From: Candidatus Heimdallarchaeota archaeon
GTDB taxonomy: Archaea; Asgardarchaeota; Heimdallarchaeia; Heimdallarchaeales; Kariarchaeaceae
Assembly (NCBI GenBank): GCA_030149205.1
Contig: JASBSB010000007.1
Coordinates: forward strand, 390,001-422,000
Reading direction: 5' to 3'
DNA length: 32,000 nt
The notes below the pieces were generated by a model. That model searched no databases. It had not been told where the DNA came from and saw only the letters and a program-made list of their open reading frames with translations. Below, in pieces: positions 16,472 to 26,009 of the stretch (positions are counted from its first letter, which is position 1; each line of letters opens with the position of its first letter). A program made the position numbers and the translations under genes.

Positions 16472-17455
16472 TCAATGGATTTTATTCATTTTATAAATGG
16501 AGACAACTCCCGTTTGAAAATTATAGTCTATTCCCTCATAGCTTATCTGATAATCTCTGACTTTGCTAGTTTTGAGATTTGAAAACCCAGCCGATTTTGA
16601 CATTTGACGAAGGCTGTGTACAGACAGGGCTCCCGCAATACCACCACATTGAAACTCTGGATCATTCTTTAATTTGTCCGGAATGGCTTCCTCGGTAAAC
16701 TCATCTGCTATAATCAGTTTTCCTCCAGCTTTTAAGACCTGAAATGCATCTTTGAGAAACTTGGACTTGTCCAGAATGATATTAAACACATTGTTAAGAT
16801 AGACCAAGTCAACAGATTCATCTTCAACTTCTCTAAAGTCCCTTCCCACGATAAAGCTGAAATTTTTTCCTCCTATCTTATCATTCATCTCCTGAGCAAA
16901 AGCTATCATTGAATCAGTAACATCAACACCTATTAAGTTTAGACCAGAATGTTTCTTGTTAAGTTCAAAGAGATCGTGACCTGTCCCACACCCAAAGTCC
17001 ACAACAGTCATTCCGTCTGAGATTTCCAGGAGTTCTGCTAGATTGTATAATGTGGCAAATGAAGGTGTTTCATCCTTAAATCTGTCAACATCTGTTGTCT
17101 TACAGACACAGTGTTCGCTGCATGCCACCTCTATACCGTTTATTGCTCTATCTAATGCGGTTTTATATTGAGTTTTGATCAAAGCATAAGAGTCTACATT
17201 TTCAAATTTGGTTAATTTTGTTTCTTCGATTGTATCGATCTTAATTTGACAAGATTCACAACAACCTTGGAATGAGGAAAGCTCATCAGATATTCTTTCT
17301 GCATCAAAAGCAGAGGATAAAATAGAGCTTCCTTGAATATCGGTGTCTAACAGGGTAGTGCTTTCCATCTCCCCAATTTTCCTTTTAATGGCTGTAACAC
17401 ATCCCTCACAACTAACCCCATCAAAACGAGCAAGATATGTAACTAAAGTTTGCAA
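16472..17455 (-). CDS. HMA-like/Cys-rich N-terminus fused to an ArsM-like SAM methyltransferase
   Basis: FDGVSCEGCVTAI (HMA GxxCxxC), CCESC, CSEHCVC; VVDFGCGTG, IGVDVTDSMI, LKAGGKLIIAD, IAGAL. TTG start with AAGGA upstream. Confidence 0.8.
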   Translation of the reverse strand: MQTLVTYLARFDGVSCEGCVTAIKRKIGEMESTTLLDTDIQGSSILSSAFDAERISDELSSFQGCCESCQIKIDTIEETKLTKFENVDSYALIKTQYKTALDRAINGIEVACSEHCVCKTTDVDRFKDETPSFATLYNLAELLEISDGMTVVDFGCGTGHDLFELNKKHSGLNLIGVDVTDSMIAFAQEMNDKIGGKNFSFIVGRDFREVEDESVDLVYLNNVFNIILDKSKFLKDAFQVLKAGGKLIIADEFTEEAIPDKLKNDPEFQCGGIAGALSVHSLRQMSKSAGFSNLKTSKVRDYQISYEGIDYNFQTGVVSIYKMNKIH

Positions 17456-17565
17456 GTGGTATTCCTTAAATTTTGTTATCCTAAACTGTAATTAAAATTC
17501 TTTGATAGCAGACTTTAAATCATTCAGGTTAAAGCTCGATTTAAAAGTTGCCCATCTAAAAATAT

Positions 17566-19203
17566 TTAGAATTCAACTCTTATTCTGGGAAACATCACTG
17601 ATTTTGGTCTTCCATTAAGTCTAACCATCCCTTGTTTCATCAGTTCTGTGTATAATTCTTTGAGATTGACATCATTGAGGGGTGGTTTTATTTCCTTAGA
17701 CTTCACAGTAATGATCTTAAATTTCGGATCCTTCATTCCCTGTTCCTCTGCTACAAGGTTTAAAAAATCGTTGAATGGCAACACCCCGTCAACTAACCGT
17801 CTTTCTTCAGCTTGAGGAGCGATATACACCCGTCCTCTTCCCACACTATCCACCTCCTCAAAAGTCATATTTCGGTTTTTCATAACATGTGAGACAAACA
17901 ATTCATAGATTCTTTCGATGCTTGTTTTCATAATTTCCTTTTCTTTGTCATTCCATGGTCTATCAGCTGAGTTAATATCACTGTGCTCACCTCTTTTGAA
18001 GCTATATGGTTTAATTTGTTGTTTCTCAAGAAGTTCCTTTCTCACAAATTTACCGTTCAAGACACCAATGGATGCTGTGATGGTGGTTTGCTGAGCAAAT
18101 ATCTTATGGCTTGCCATTGCAATATAATAGCCTCCCGATCCTGCAACAGAATGGAAATAGGTGTAAATTGGCATCACCTTTGAAAGCTTGTTCAGCTCGT
18201 TCAACATGAGCTCTGATGCTGTGGCACTTCCTCCAGGTGAGTTTACAAACAGTATGCATGCCTTGTATCTCTTCTTCTCCTTGATGATCCTCCTCACCTT
18301 CTGCCCAAATGGGATATCAGCTAATATCTCGCCTTCCATAAGAGATCTTGGAAAAGGAGAATTTCCCTGACCATCTTCAATCGAACCTACTGCTGGAAGA
18401 AGTGCAAGCCTCTTTTTACCTCCTGGGATGCTAACTCTGGAAAGTGCATGTTTGTATGTCGTCAGAGGAAAATCAGATAGCTCTTCAGAAAGATCAGCAA
18501 TTGGAATCAGCTTAGTAACCCATCCTTGATCAACTGCGTCTTTGTCTGTCATAGGATTGTGGTCAATAAACTCTTTGATTTCATCAATTGATTTCTCTCT
18601 TCCTTTGGCGATTCCTTTTGTTAAGGTTTCAAACAGCGAATCTAACATCCAGTTTAACATTTCCTTCTCTTCTTCTGGCATTTCTTCCCTTCCAAGAAAA
18701 TTGGCAGCTGATTTGTAGGGACTGATCTGCGAAATCTGAAACTCTAAACCAAATTTAGCCAAAAATTGTTTATAATAGTTTATACTCAAACCAATCCCAG
18801 TGACATCAAGCATTCCTCCCTCAGTAAGGAATATCTTATCAGCTAAAGAGGCAAGGTAATAGGTTCCTATCCCATAATGATGACTGTAAAAGATAACCTT
18901 CTTCCCTGCATTTTTCCAAAGCATCAGGGTGTCCCGTAAAAACTCGAGATCGGTAAGCCCAGAAACGGAAAATTCACTGAGATGAATAACTATCCCCTTT
19001 ACTCTGGGATCCTTGATCAACTGCTCAGAATCTTGCCAGAATCCCAGAATAGAAAAATCTGCTTGTGGAAGTATCTGTCTTTCAATGAATGATTTCTTGG
19101 GAGGGAAGAACGGGATCTCTCCTTTAATTGTAAGAAACACATATCCAATTTTTCTTCTGATTATCTTTCGCTTAAAATTTCTGGTTCTTCTGATTAAACC
19201 CAT
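17566..19203 (-). CDS. sppA: Signal peptide peptidase SppA (protease IV, two S49 domains)
   Basis: SPYKSA (catalytic Lys), NSPGGS, GSGGYYIA (catalytic Ser), SIGV, GRGRVY. Start probably MGLIRR at 19203. Confidence 0.93.
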   Translation of the reverse strand: MGLIRRTRNFKRKIIRRKIGYVFLTIKGEIPFFPPKKSFIERQILPQADFSILGFWQDSEQLIKDPRVKGIVIHLSEFSVSGLTDLEFLRDTLMLWKNAGKKVIFYSHHYGIGTYYLASLADKIFLTEGGMLDVTGIGLSINYYKQFLAKFGLEFQISQISPYKSAANFLGREEMPEEEKEMLNWMLDSLFETLTKGIAKGREKSIDEIKEFIDHNPMTDKDAVDQGWVTKLIPIADLSEELSDFPLTTYKHALSRVSIPGGKKRLALLPAVGSIEDGQGNSPFPRSLMEGEILADIPFGQKVRRIIKEKKRYKACILFVNSPGGSATASELMLNELNKLSKVMPIYTYFHSVAGSGGYYIAMASHKIFAQQTTITASIGVLNGKFVRKELLEKQQIKPYSFKRGEHSDINSADRPWNDKEKEIMKTSIERIYELFVSHVMKNRNMTFEEVDSVGRGRVYIAPQAEERRLVDGVLPFNDFLNLVAEEQGMKDPKFKIITVKSKEIKPPLNDVNLKELYTELMKQGMVRLNGRPKSVMFPRIRVEF

Positions 19204-19310
19204 GATATACCAGATATAGAACAAGTTTTTAATGACTACCCCCCACGGATGATATTCTTCAATACAGGTTTAATTCATATGGTAATGAAATTAATTTACT
19301 TTTACCATCA

Positions 19311-19745
19311 TTACTCTTTCTCTAATGTCTGTTTTAATCTCTCCAAAGGATTTCCGTCCTCCCTCTGCAAGATTTTTGAGACTAAAGGTGCAATCAATCT
19401 TTTGAATCCAGTTCCCTTTATTGTTGCATATAATTCAACCTCTACCTCGTCACCTCTTTCTTTAAACTTGTAGGCATAGTCTGTTTTTATCCCAGAGTAG
19501 ATATTGGATATTGTTATCTCATCTGGAAACTCAAATTTGGTGATTTTTAATTCCATGGTGCTTGGTTTTCCCCGGATAAGTCTGGTTTCCCTAAATCTAG
19601 TCCCTTCTCTAACCTCTCCCTCATCAATTTTTTCAAATGATTCCAGATTGTCCATGATTTGTTTTGCCACATCCGGGTCAAATGTTGAATTAAACACTCT
19701 TTCTATGTTTGTTTTAATTTTGGTCTGTCTCCGAAACTGAGCCAT
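19311..19745 (-). CDS. SRPBCC (START-like) family protein
   Basis: IERVF...DP, GTRFRETR...KITKFEFP, final helix LERLKQTLE. Confidence 0.85.
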   Translation of the reverse strand: MAQFRRQTKIKTNIERVFNSTFDPDVAKQIMDNLESFEKIDEGEVREGTRFRETRLIRGKPSTMELKITKFEFPDEITISNIYSGIKTDYAYKFKERGDEVEVELYATIKGTGFKRLIAPLVSKILQREDGNPLERLKQTLEKE

Positions 19746-19939
19746 ATGCTTAAATTTCCAATAATTATATTAAGCATTGTTTGAAAAATTGTAGCATTTC
19801 ATTTGTTTTTTAGATCCATTTACTGGTCTAGGACTTTCAGGTCACAAATTATAGATTTTTCAAAGAATTCAAACAAAATAAGTCAGAAACAAGTCAGTTT
19901 GTAGCCAACCCTCATAAACACAAATCATAATGGGCATCA

Positions 19940-21577
19940 ATGGGATACCCACGAAGGGTCAAATTCATTCTTTCTGCATTTATAATTGTGTTTCTTGCCA
20001 ACATGTATGCTTTTATGTTTATAGAAAAATTGAGTTTCATAGATTCTTTGTATCTTATAATAGTAACAATTTCCACTGTGGGATATGGTGACTTTCGACC
20101 AACATTTGTTATCACGAAAATTTTAGACATCTTGCTAATCGTCACAGGGATATCTACAATTGCACTTCTCTCTGAGTCTATTGCAGATAAACTGATAAGA
20201 AGTGCGAATACAAATCTCTCACTTGACCATAAGCTTGAGTATAAAAATCACATAGTAATTTATGGGTTTGATGCTGTGGCAGAGCGAGTGGCAAGTATTC
20301 ATACCCAAAGAGGGTACAAGGTTATAATATTCGATGAAGACGAGGCAGATGTGCTCAAATCTATTGACTTAGGCTTTGAATCATATATGGAGGTTCTTTC
20401 CATCCCTAAAAATATCAAGTTAGCTAACATCAAAGAAGCCTCAGGTCTTTACCTATTTATTGAGAATGAAAACCAGTTGGTTCAGACCAGTCTTATTGCC
20501 AAGGCTCACAACCCAAAACTTTTGGTCTATGCAGTCACAGACCATAATCTGTCTATTGATGTTGGAAAATCATTAGGGATCAACAGAACCTACCACCTTG
20601 AGAGACTGGTCTCGTCAAGCCTTTTGGTCGGACTAAGAACCATAAAGGCATTTTCCTTCCCTAATCAGCAGCTAAATCCAAGGTCTCAATTTAGGGTGAT
20701 TCAGTTTCACAAGAGTTTTGATTATAAAAAAGAGTTTACTGATTTTTTAGAACTTGGCATTGCTATGAGAGATTTAACTGGGTTTGAGGAATTTTCGACA
20801 AAAAAGAGGTTTGAGCAGTTGCTTGAACAAAATTATGGAGTCATTGCAGTTGCCTCAGAAGAGCTTCAAAGGTTTTATGAAAGAAACGGGATTTCAGATG
20901 AAAAGTTCATACTTTCAGAGGAAGAAGCAGAGGTTTCTACCTTAATAATAACTGGATATAGTCGAGAAGCACAACATATTTTCGAAGAAATAGATCCACG
21001 ATTACTCCAAGGAGTCAAAACCGTAGCGGTCGCGTTTAGTGACGAAGAATATGAGAGGGCACAACAAGACGATTTACAGGTCGTCAGGTCAAACCGCGGA
21101 GGAATTGGTAATACGCTGGCTGAGCTAACTAAAGATGAAAAAGTGTTTATCGTAAATTTTTCAGATAAAATTACAGATTCTCTGCTTATCACGCAGGCAG
21201 TTACAAAGCTAGGCAAAGACACGCAGTTGTTACAGGTTGCCAGAAGTACTGTAGAGATAGAACTCTTTAGGGAATCTGGTGCTGACATAATTCTTATGCC
21301 TAACCTTCTGATGACCCGGGGATTATCACTAATCTTTTTAGCAGAAAGAAAAGAGACTCTATCTATCGTTTTTGGAAACAAACACATCTTTGAAGAGGTC
21401 ATCGATGAAAATTCTAGGTTTGTCGATTTGACTGTTAGAGGTATAGAAAAACAAAATTACAGGGTTTTAGCTGTTAAACCCCAAAATGAATCTCCTACAC
21501 GCAGGATAAATAATTACAGACTTAAAGCCGGAGATTCGATCTATCTCTCTTGTTCACAGGAATTTCTGTCCTTTTAG
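19940..21577 (+). CDS. Two-TM potassium channel with tandem RCK (TrkA-N) domains and an RCK-C domain
   Basis: Selectivity filter TISTVGYGD flanked by TM helices; two Rossmann starts HIVIYG and TLIITG; GADIIL; C-terminal LKAGDSIYL. Confidence 0.92.
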   Translation: MGYPRRVKFILSAFIIVFLANMYAFMFIEKLSFIDSLYLIIVTISTVGYGDFRPTFVITKILDILLIVTGISTIALLSESIADKLIRSANTNLSLDHKLEYKNHIVIYGFDAVAERVASIHTQRGYKVIIFDEDEADVLKSIDLGFESYMEVLSIPKNIKLANIKEASGLYLFIENENQLVQTSLIAKAHNPKLLVYAVTDHNLSIDVGKSLGINRTYHLERLVSSSLLVGLRTIKAFSFPNQQLNPRSQFRVIQFHKSFDYKKEFTDFLELGIAMRDLTGFEEFSTKKRFEQLLEQNYGVIAVASEELQRFYERNGISDEKFILSEEEAEVSTLIITGYSREAQHIFEEIDPRLLQGVKTVAVAFSDEEYERAQQDDLQVVRSNRGGIGNTLAELTKDEKVFIVNFSDKITDSLLITQAVTKLGKDTQLLQVARSTVEIELFRESGADIILMPNLLMTRGLSLIFLAERKETLSIVFGNKHIFEEVIDENSRFVDLTVRGIEKQNYRVLAVKPQNESPTRRINNYRLKAGDSIYLSCSQEFLSF

Positions 21578-21664
21578 GCTATAAATGCAAATCTACGTAT
21601 AATGACCGACAAATTAAATTTCACCAAAACAAACTAATATAATTCAAATCGTTACAATAGAGCT

Positions 21665-22243
21665 GTGTCTCTTGAAGAATTATTGGAACAAGGTGATATT
21701 GAAACTTTATCAAAGTTTCAAACAAAAATTTATTGGGAGGAAAAAGACCTAGTTAAGATGGTATCAACCACACAAAAAATTCTGAATACAATACAGGGTG
21801 GTGGCAAAGATCCATTTCTGTATAACCTGGCATCATTCACCTGTCCCTGGTGGAGTGACAGTTTACCAGTAAACCAAACAGAAGCAGAAACAGGGATGAA
21901 TGCAGCTCTAGAGCTTTTGGAACTTCGTCAAAGTCAGAAGACACCAGATACAAAACTAGCTGGTGCAAATTGGATACTCGCTGTTCATTACTTGTACACT
22001 GAGAGGAATTCAAAAGAGGCAATCTCTCATTTTCAGGAGTCAATAAAGCTCGTGAAAAATAATACAGATGAATTTTCAAAACTGGTTAATGCCAACTCCA
22101 TCGAGGGAATAGGGAGGGTTAAGGTGCTTTTACACAAGGAGGATCACCCAGAAGAGTTGGAATCTGCAAGAAATGCCTATATAGCTTCAAATGATGAATA
22201 CAGTCTCAAAGAACTAGAATATTTTCTTCAGAAAACCTCCTGA
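21665..22243 (+). CDS. Hypothetical helical (TPR-like) protein
   Basis: Helical repeat patterns (ANWILAVHYLY…EAISHFQESIKL). GTG start. Confidence 0.6.
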   Translation: MSLEELLEQGDIETLSKFQTKIYWEEKDLVKMVSTTQKILNTIQGGGKDPFLYNLASFTCPWWSDSLPVNQTEAETGMNAALELLELRQSQKTPDTKLAGANWILAVHYLYTERNSKEAISHFQESIKLVKNNTDEFSKLVNANSIEGIGRVKVLLHKEDHPEELESARNAYIASNDEYSLKELEYFLQKTS

Positions 22244-22380
22244 ATAATAAAATTTGCTTCTGATAGGATGTCAATTTTAGTGCCCTTTGTTTCAAAATGA
22301 CTTAAATTAGGGCTCAGTTGAAGCTATCAGGCATTCTAGTTTTATCCCTTTCCTCCCACCTATATTCAAACTAGAAAATC

Positions 22381-23331
22381 CTATTTTCTCCAACACTCGT
22401 AAATGAGCCTAACAACATTCTTCCATCGAATTTCGTCTGTCTCATCTTCACTTAGATTATATTCGGATTGAACTCTCTCAAACAAACCTGGGAGGTCAGT
22501 GATGTCTTTGATATCAGAAGGGAAGGGTGCACCATCTAGATCTGCACCAGAGTGAACATGCTCAATCCCAGCAACCTCAATTAACTTCCCATACATCTGA
22601 ATTGCACTGCTACTTCTGGCTTCATTTGGATCTGTAGAAAGAAACACGTTACAAAGGTTTACCCCTATGCTTCCGTTGGTATCAGCAACAGCCTGAACCA
22701 TCTCAATAGTCAGGTTTCTTTTATGGTCTGCCAGTTCTCTCAGGTTGGAGTGACTCGCCATAATCGGTTTATTTGTGTGCGAGATCACCTCCCAAAAGGA
22801 TTTATCATTTAGATGTGAGACATCAATTATGATTCCGAGTGACTCCATTGCATCTAACAGGTCCTTTCCCTCCTGGGTTAATCCTCTAGTTTCTCCCTGT
22901 AACTGCCCAGTGGCAAACCTGTTTGCCTCATTCCAGGTAAGACTCATCGATCTCAATCCACACTCATAATAGATGTATAACCTATTTAACTCTGAATCTA
23001 TACCCGCAGCACCCTCAAAGTGCAACACTGCTCCTATTTTTCTATTTCTGCTCTGATTAGACAAATAAGAATTAAGAAGTTCTTCGAAATCTTTTGTGTT
23101 ATTGATTCGCAAAAGTTTGTTTCGTGGTTCTTCTGTCATCTTTAGCCATCTCTGAACCATATCCTCTGTAACATATTGGTTTTCTGTTGGATACCCTGTG
23201 AAAAACCCACAGAGTAGATTTGCCTTTCTAGCCCTTTTTAGATCCACATGTCCAACCTTTGATGCCTCATGGAACTTTCTTTTTTCTCTTTGCATTGCCC
23301 ATAGGGTATCTAGGTGTGTGTCAATAAACAT
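22381..23331 (-). CDS. Membrane dipeptidase family (peptidase M19) metallopeptidase
   Basis: DTHLD, HFEGA, LTWN, IDVSH, ASHSN, RNL and GADLDG motifs. Confidence 0.93.
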   Translation of the reverse strand: MFIDTHLDTLWAMQREKRKFHEASKVGHVDLKRARKANLLCGFFTGYPTENQYVTEDMVQRWLKMTEEPRNKLLRINNTKDFEELLNSYLSNQSRNRKIGAVLHFEGAAGIDSELNRLYIYYECGLRSMSLTWNEANRFATGQLQGETRGLTQEGKDLLDAMESLGIIIDVSHLNDKSFWEVISHTNKPIMASHSNLRELADHKRNLTIEMVQAVADTNGSIGVNLCNVFLSTDPNEARSSSAIQMYGKLIEVAGIEHVHSGADLDGAPFPSDIKDITDLPGLFERVQSEYNLSEDETDEIRWKNVVRLIYECWRK

Positions 23332-23429
23332 GGATTGTAAAATAGAGAATTACAGTTATATATGTTGTCTAAACTAAGATAAAATTTTATCAATGTTTTA
23401 TTTTAAATTATCAGTAAGATATCTTGGTA

Positions 23430-25133
23430 TTAAATTGGTACTCCAATCTTCCACCCTCTGCTTAGGACTAAAAAAGTGAACATGTAAAATACTATGAAGG
23501 CAATCATAAAAACAAATCCAATAGACATGCTTCCTGGTGCTTCTAGTTTATTTGTATGCGCTTCTTCTTCTTCCACATTTGTTGGAATGGGACTATCAAA
23601 AGATCCCTCTTTATCTACCTTTTTACCAAAGAAAAGAGAAATTACAATCAAACCAACGAATAATGCACCCCCAGTCACCGTAATTATCGCACCAATTCCC
23701 AACAACCAAAGTCCTATTTGCCATGCAAAGGTATTTACCCCTAAGGAAGTGTAGTAATCATAGGTCGCTGTTCTTCGTGGTGCACCTTGGACTCCTGCTA
23801 TAAACATGCCTAAAGTAAGGATCGCAAGTCCTAATGCAAATAAATGAAGTTGAATTACTTTAAGATTACCTCCAATTATCTTTCTAGCGGGAATTAATTC
23901 AATAAAGTAATAAGCTAACCCCATAAACGCCATTGTTGTCCCCGCAACGACAGTTAGGTGGAAATGAGCATTTATCCTCAATGTATTGTGAGTAATCATG
24001 TTAAGTTGATATGTACCTTGAATACTTCCAAGCATGCCTCCAATCCCAAATAGGAGGATGCCCCATATAACCGCAGGTATCGCAGGTTCATTCCAGGGGA
24101 GCTCTCTAAGCCATGAAAATAAACCTTCACTGTGGTTCTTTTCTCTGATTTGCCTTTCCAAAGCTCCTGGAATAACGAATGCATGGATCAAAGAAGGAAC
24201 AGCCAAGGCCAAGGCAATTAATGTTGCATTAATCAACTTAAAAGGCATAGAATAAGCCGGATCCACAATTAAATGATGGGTTGCCACTGGTACAGTAAAC
24301 AAAAGATATCCCATGAATGCGAACCTAGAATACTTCTCATTTAAGGGTTTAGCACCTGTTGCTATATTAATTAAAATATACCACACTGCTGCTGTTGCAG
24401 AAATATTGATGTACTGAGCAGTATGACCGAATCCCCAAAATACCTGTTTCCAAAAATCTGCATTAGGGGCAGCAATTATGTCGTATGAATATAAATATGC
24501 TAGAATCATCACAATTGCACCATTTATAATCGCCTGAACAGCAATCACTACAGCAACGAATACCCCATAAACTGCTAAAGGGAGTGATTCATGAGGATAA
24601 CTTTTGGTTTTTTGCGCTTGATAAATTGTTAAGAAAAAGTTTATCCCTGCAACCAAAACCCCCACTGCGAAAAGTATATACCCTAGATAAAAAAACGGAT
24701 TGGCTTTTAATGGAACATAAGCAGTAAACATTACAGTAGAATTGGGGTGATCAAAGAAAATAGTCCATTCTAACATTAATGTTCCAAGGAGCATTAATGC
24801 AAATGCCCCCCACCCTAATCTCATTGAAGCCATTTTCGAATTTAACATAGCTGTAGATGCAAAATAGACCGCAGCTATTTCAAACCAGACAATCCACAGA
24901 ATCAACATATTAATGCCATGAATGTTAACCACTTGATAGTATGTTGAATTGTCAATGAAGGAAAACCTAATTGGCATCTTGTGAATACCCATAATAAGTG
25001 CAGCGACTCCGCCGATGGCCAAAGCCAGAACTGCAACAACAGCGTTGGCAATCATTAATGGTTCTGCTTTTCGAAAAACTCTAAAGTTAGTTTTTGGACA
25101 TACTCTAAACTCATCTTCATTTATTAAGCTCAT
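23430..25133 (-). CDS. Heme-copper oxidase superfamily subunit I (B-family/eNOR-related, Tyr retained)
   Basis: His ligands present: NIHG, GHTAQY, THH, HNT, HFH. Start MSLINE at 25133 forms an ATGA overlap with subunit II. Confidence 0.93.
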   Translation of the reverse strand: MSLINEDEFRVCPKTNFRVFRKAEPLMIANAVVAVLALAIGGVAALIMGIHKMPIRFSFIDNSTYYQVVNIHGINMLILWIVWFEIAAVYFASTAMLNSKMASMRLGWGAFALMLLGTLMLEWTIFFDHPNSTVMFTAYVPLKANPFFYLGYILFAVGVLVAGINFFLTIYQAQKTKSYPHESLPLAVYGVFVAVVIAVQAIINGAIVMILAYLYSYDIIAAPNADFWKQVFWGFGHTAQYINISATAAVWYILINIATGAKPLNEKYSRFAFMGYLLFTVPVATHHLIVDPAYSMPFKLINATLIALALAVPSLIHAFVIPGALERQIREKNHSEGLFSWLRELPWNEPAIPAVIWGILLFGIGGMLGSIQGTYQLNMITHNTLRINAHFHLTVVAGTTMAFMGLAYYFIELIPARKIIGGNLKVIQLHLFALGLAILTLGMFIAGVQGAPRRTATYDYYTSLGVNTFAWQIGLWLLGIGAIITVTGGALFVGLIVISLFFGKKVDKEGSFDSPIPTNVEEEEAHTNKLEAPGSMSIGFVFMIAFIVFYMFTFLVLSRGWKIGVPI

Positions 25134-25711
25134 GCTACAACCTCCAGAAATCCAAGCATTGTATGATGTCCAATCCCACAAAATTCATTACAAATAATCT
25201 GGAACAATCCGGTTGTGGTGGGTGTAAAATCAAAATAATAATCATATCCTGGAACAACTTGAAGTGAGATTATCCAATTGTCTCCCACAATTTGGAATCC
25301 GTGTAGCACATCAATAGACCCCAAATGCATCCGGTATGTTAATCCTACCTTGAATTTTACACCATTAGCTGTCGATCCATTTAAATCAGAAGATGGTGCA
25401 AACCATGTGAATCGTTGTGCAACTAAGTATATGTCCCCCGAAGTAAAGCGGTCTAATGAGGTGTTCCCATTTGAAAGTTTCCCTGGGAACACTCCTTTAG
25501 AAGCTACATTTTCAGAGGTTGCTGTGGAAAGAAAGTTTTCATTTGATATACTGGTAAATTTGTCTGGTGGATTTTGATCCCCTGTAAAGACCCATCCCAC
25601 TGTCATAGATCCCATCATCAGAATCATTAAAATAATGACTCCACTCCAGATTTTTTCATCCTTACCTAAAGGAACTTTCCACCAGTTTTTGTTTGGATTT
25701 GTAATTGACAT
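25130..25711 (-). CDS. Heme-copper oxidase subunit II (CuA)
   Basis: One N-terminal TM helix; DVLHGF and CNEFCGIGHHTM CuA motifs. Confidence 0.95.
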   Translation of the reverse strand: MSITNPNKNWWKVPLGKDEKIWSGVIILMILMMGSMTVGWVFTGDQNPPDKFTSISNENFLSTATSENVASKGVFPGKLSNGNTSLDRFTSGDIYLVAQRFTWFAPSSDLNGSTANGVKFKVGLTYRMHLGSIDVLHGFQIVGDNWIISLQVVPGYDYYFDFTPTTTGLFQIICNEFCGIGHHTMLGFLEVVA

Positions 25712-25721
25712 ATTTTTCCTC

Positions 25722-25850
25722 CTATATTTTGAATAAGATCTCTATCGCAATCCAAATCAACCAACCAACTGTGATTCCGGTTGCGATCCCTGCCTGTAAC
25801 CAAAGGTTATCGGCAAATCTAGCAAATCTTGATTTTTGTTCAACTGTCAT
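25722..25850 (-). CDS. Small single-TM accessory subunit of the oxidase (42 aa)
   Basis: MTVEQKSRFARFADNLWLQ…WLIWIAIEIL; first gene of the operon, 10 nt before subunit II. The track start at 25904 is probably too far upstream. Confidence 0.7.
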   Translation of the reverse strand: MTVEQKSRFARFADNLWLQAGIATGITVGWLIWIAIEILFKI

Positions 25851-26009
25851 GGTAGTATCTACCCGACTGCTATACAATGAGAAGTATTTAAAGTTGCTGT
25901 ACAAAATAAATTAATTTGTCACATTTCTTATCTTTGATCAGAAAATAGAAACTTAAAAAAGACTCATAAAATCTTGTGATATTCCACATCTTCTGCGAAA
26001 ATTAAATTA

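Noticed and set aside
16472-17455. Assigning the symbol arsM
   Set aside because: The canonical catalytic cysteines are missing, so the function is not supported.
20875-21402. 175-aa antisense ORF inside the K+ channel gene
   Set aside because: Long but fully antisense, with Ser-rich composition typical of shadow frames.
23430-25711. Assigning cbaA/cbaB or nor symbols
   Set aside because: Mixed eNOR-like sequence and Tyr active site; the family cannot be fixed without phylogeny.
25851-25863. GGTAG-TAT-CTACC inverted repeat just upstream of the oxidase operon
   Set aside because: Only 5-bp arms and a single copy; expected by chance.
23494-25914. Plus-strand ORFs across the oxidase operon
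   Set aside because: Antisense shadows of well-supported oxidase subunits.
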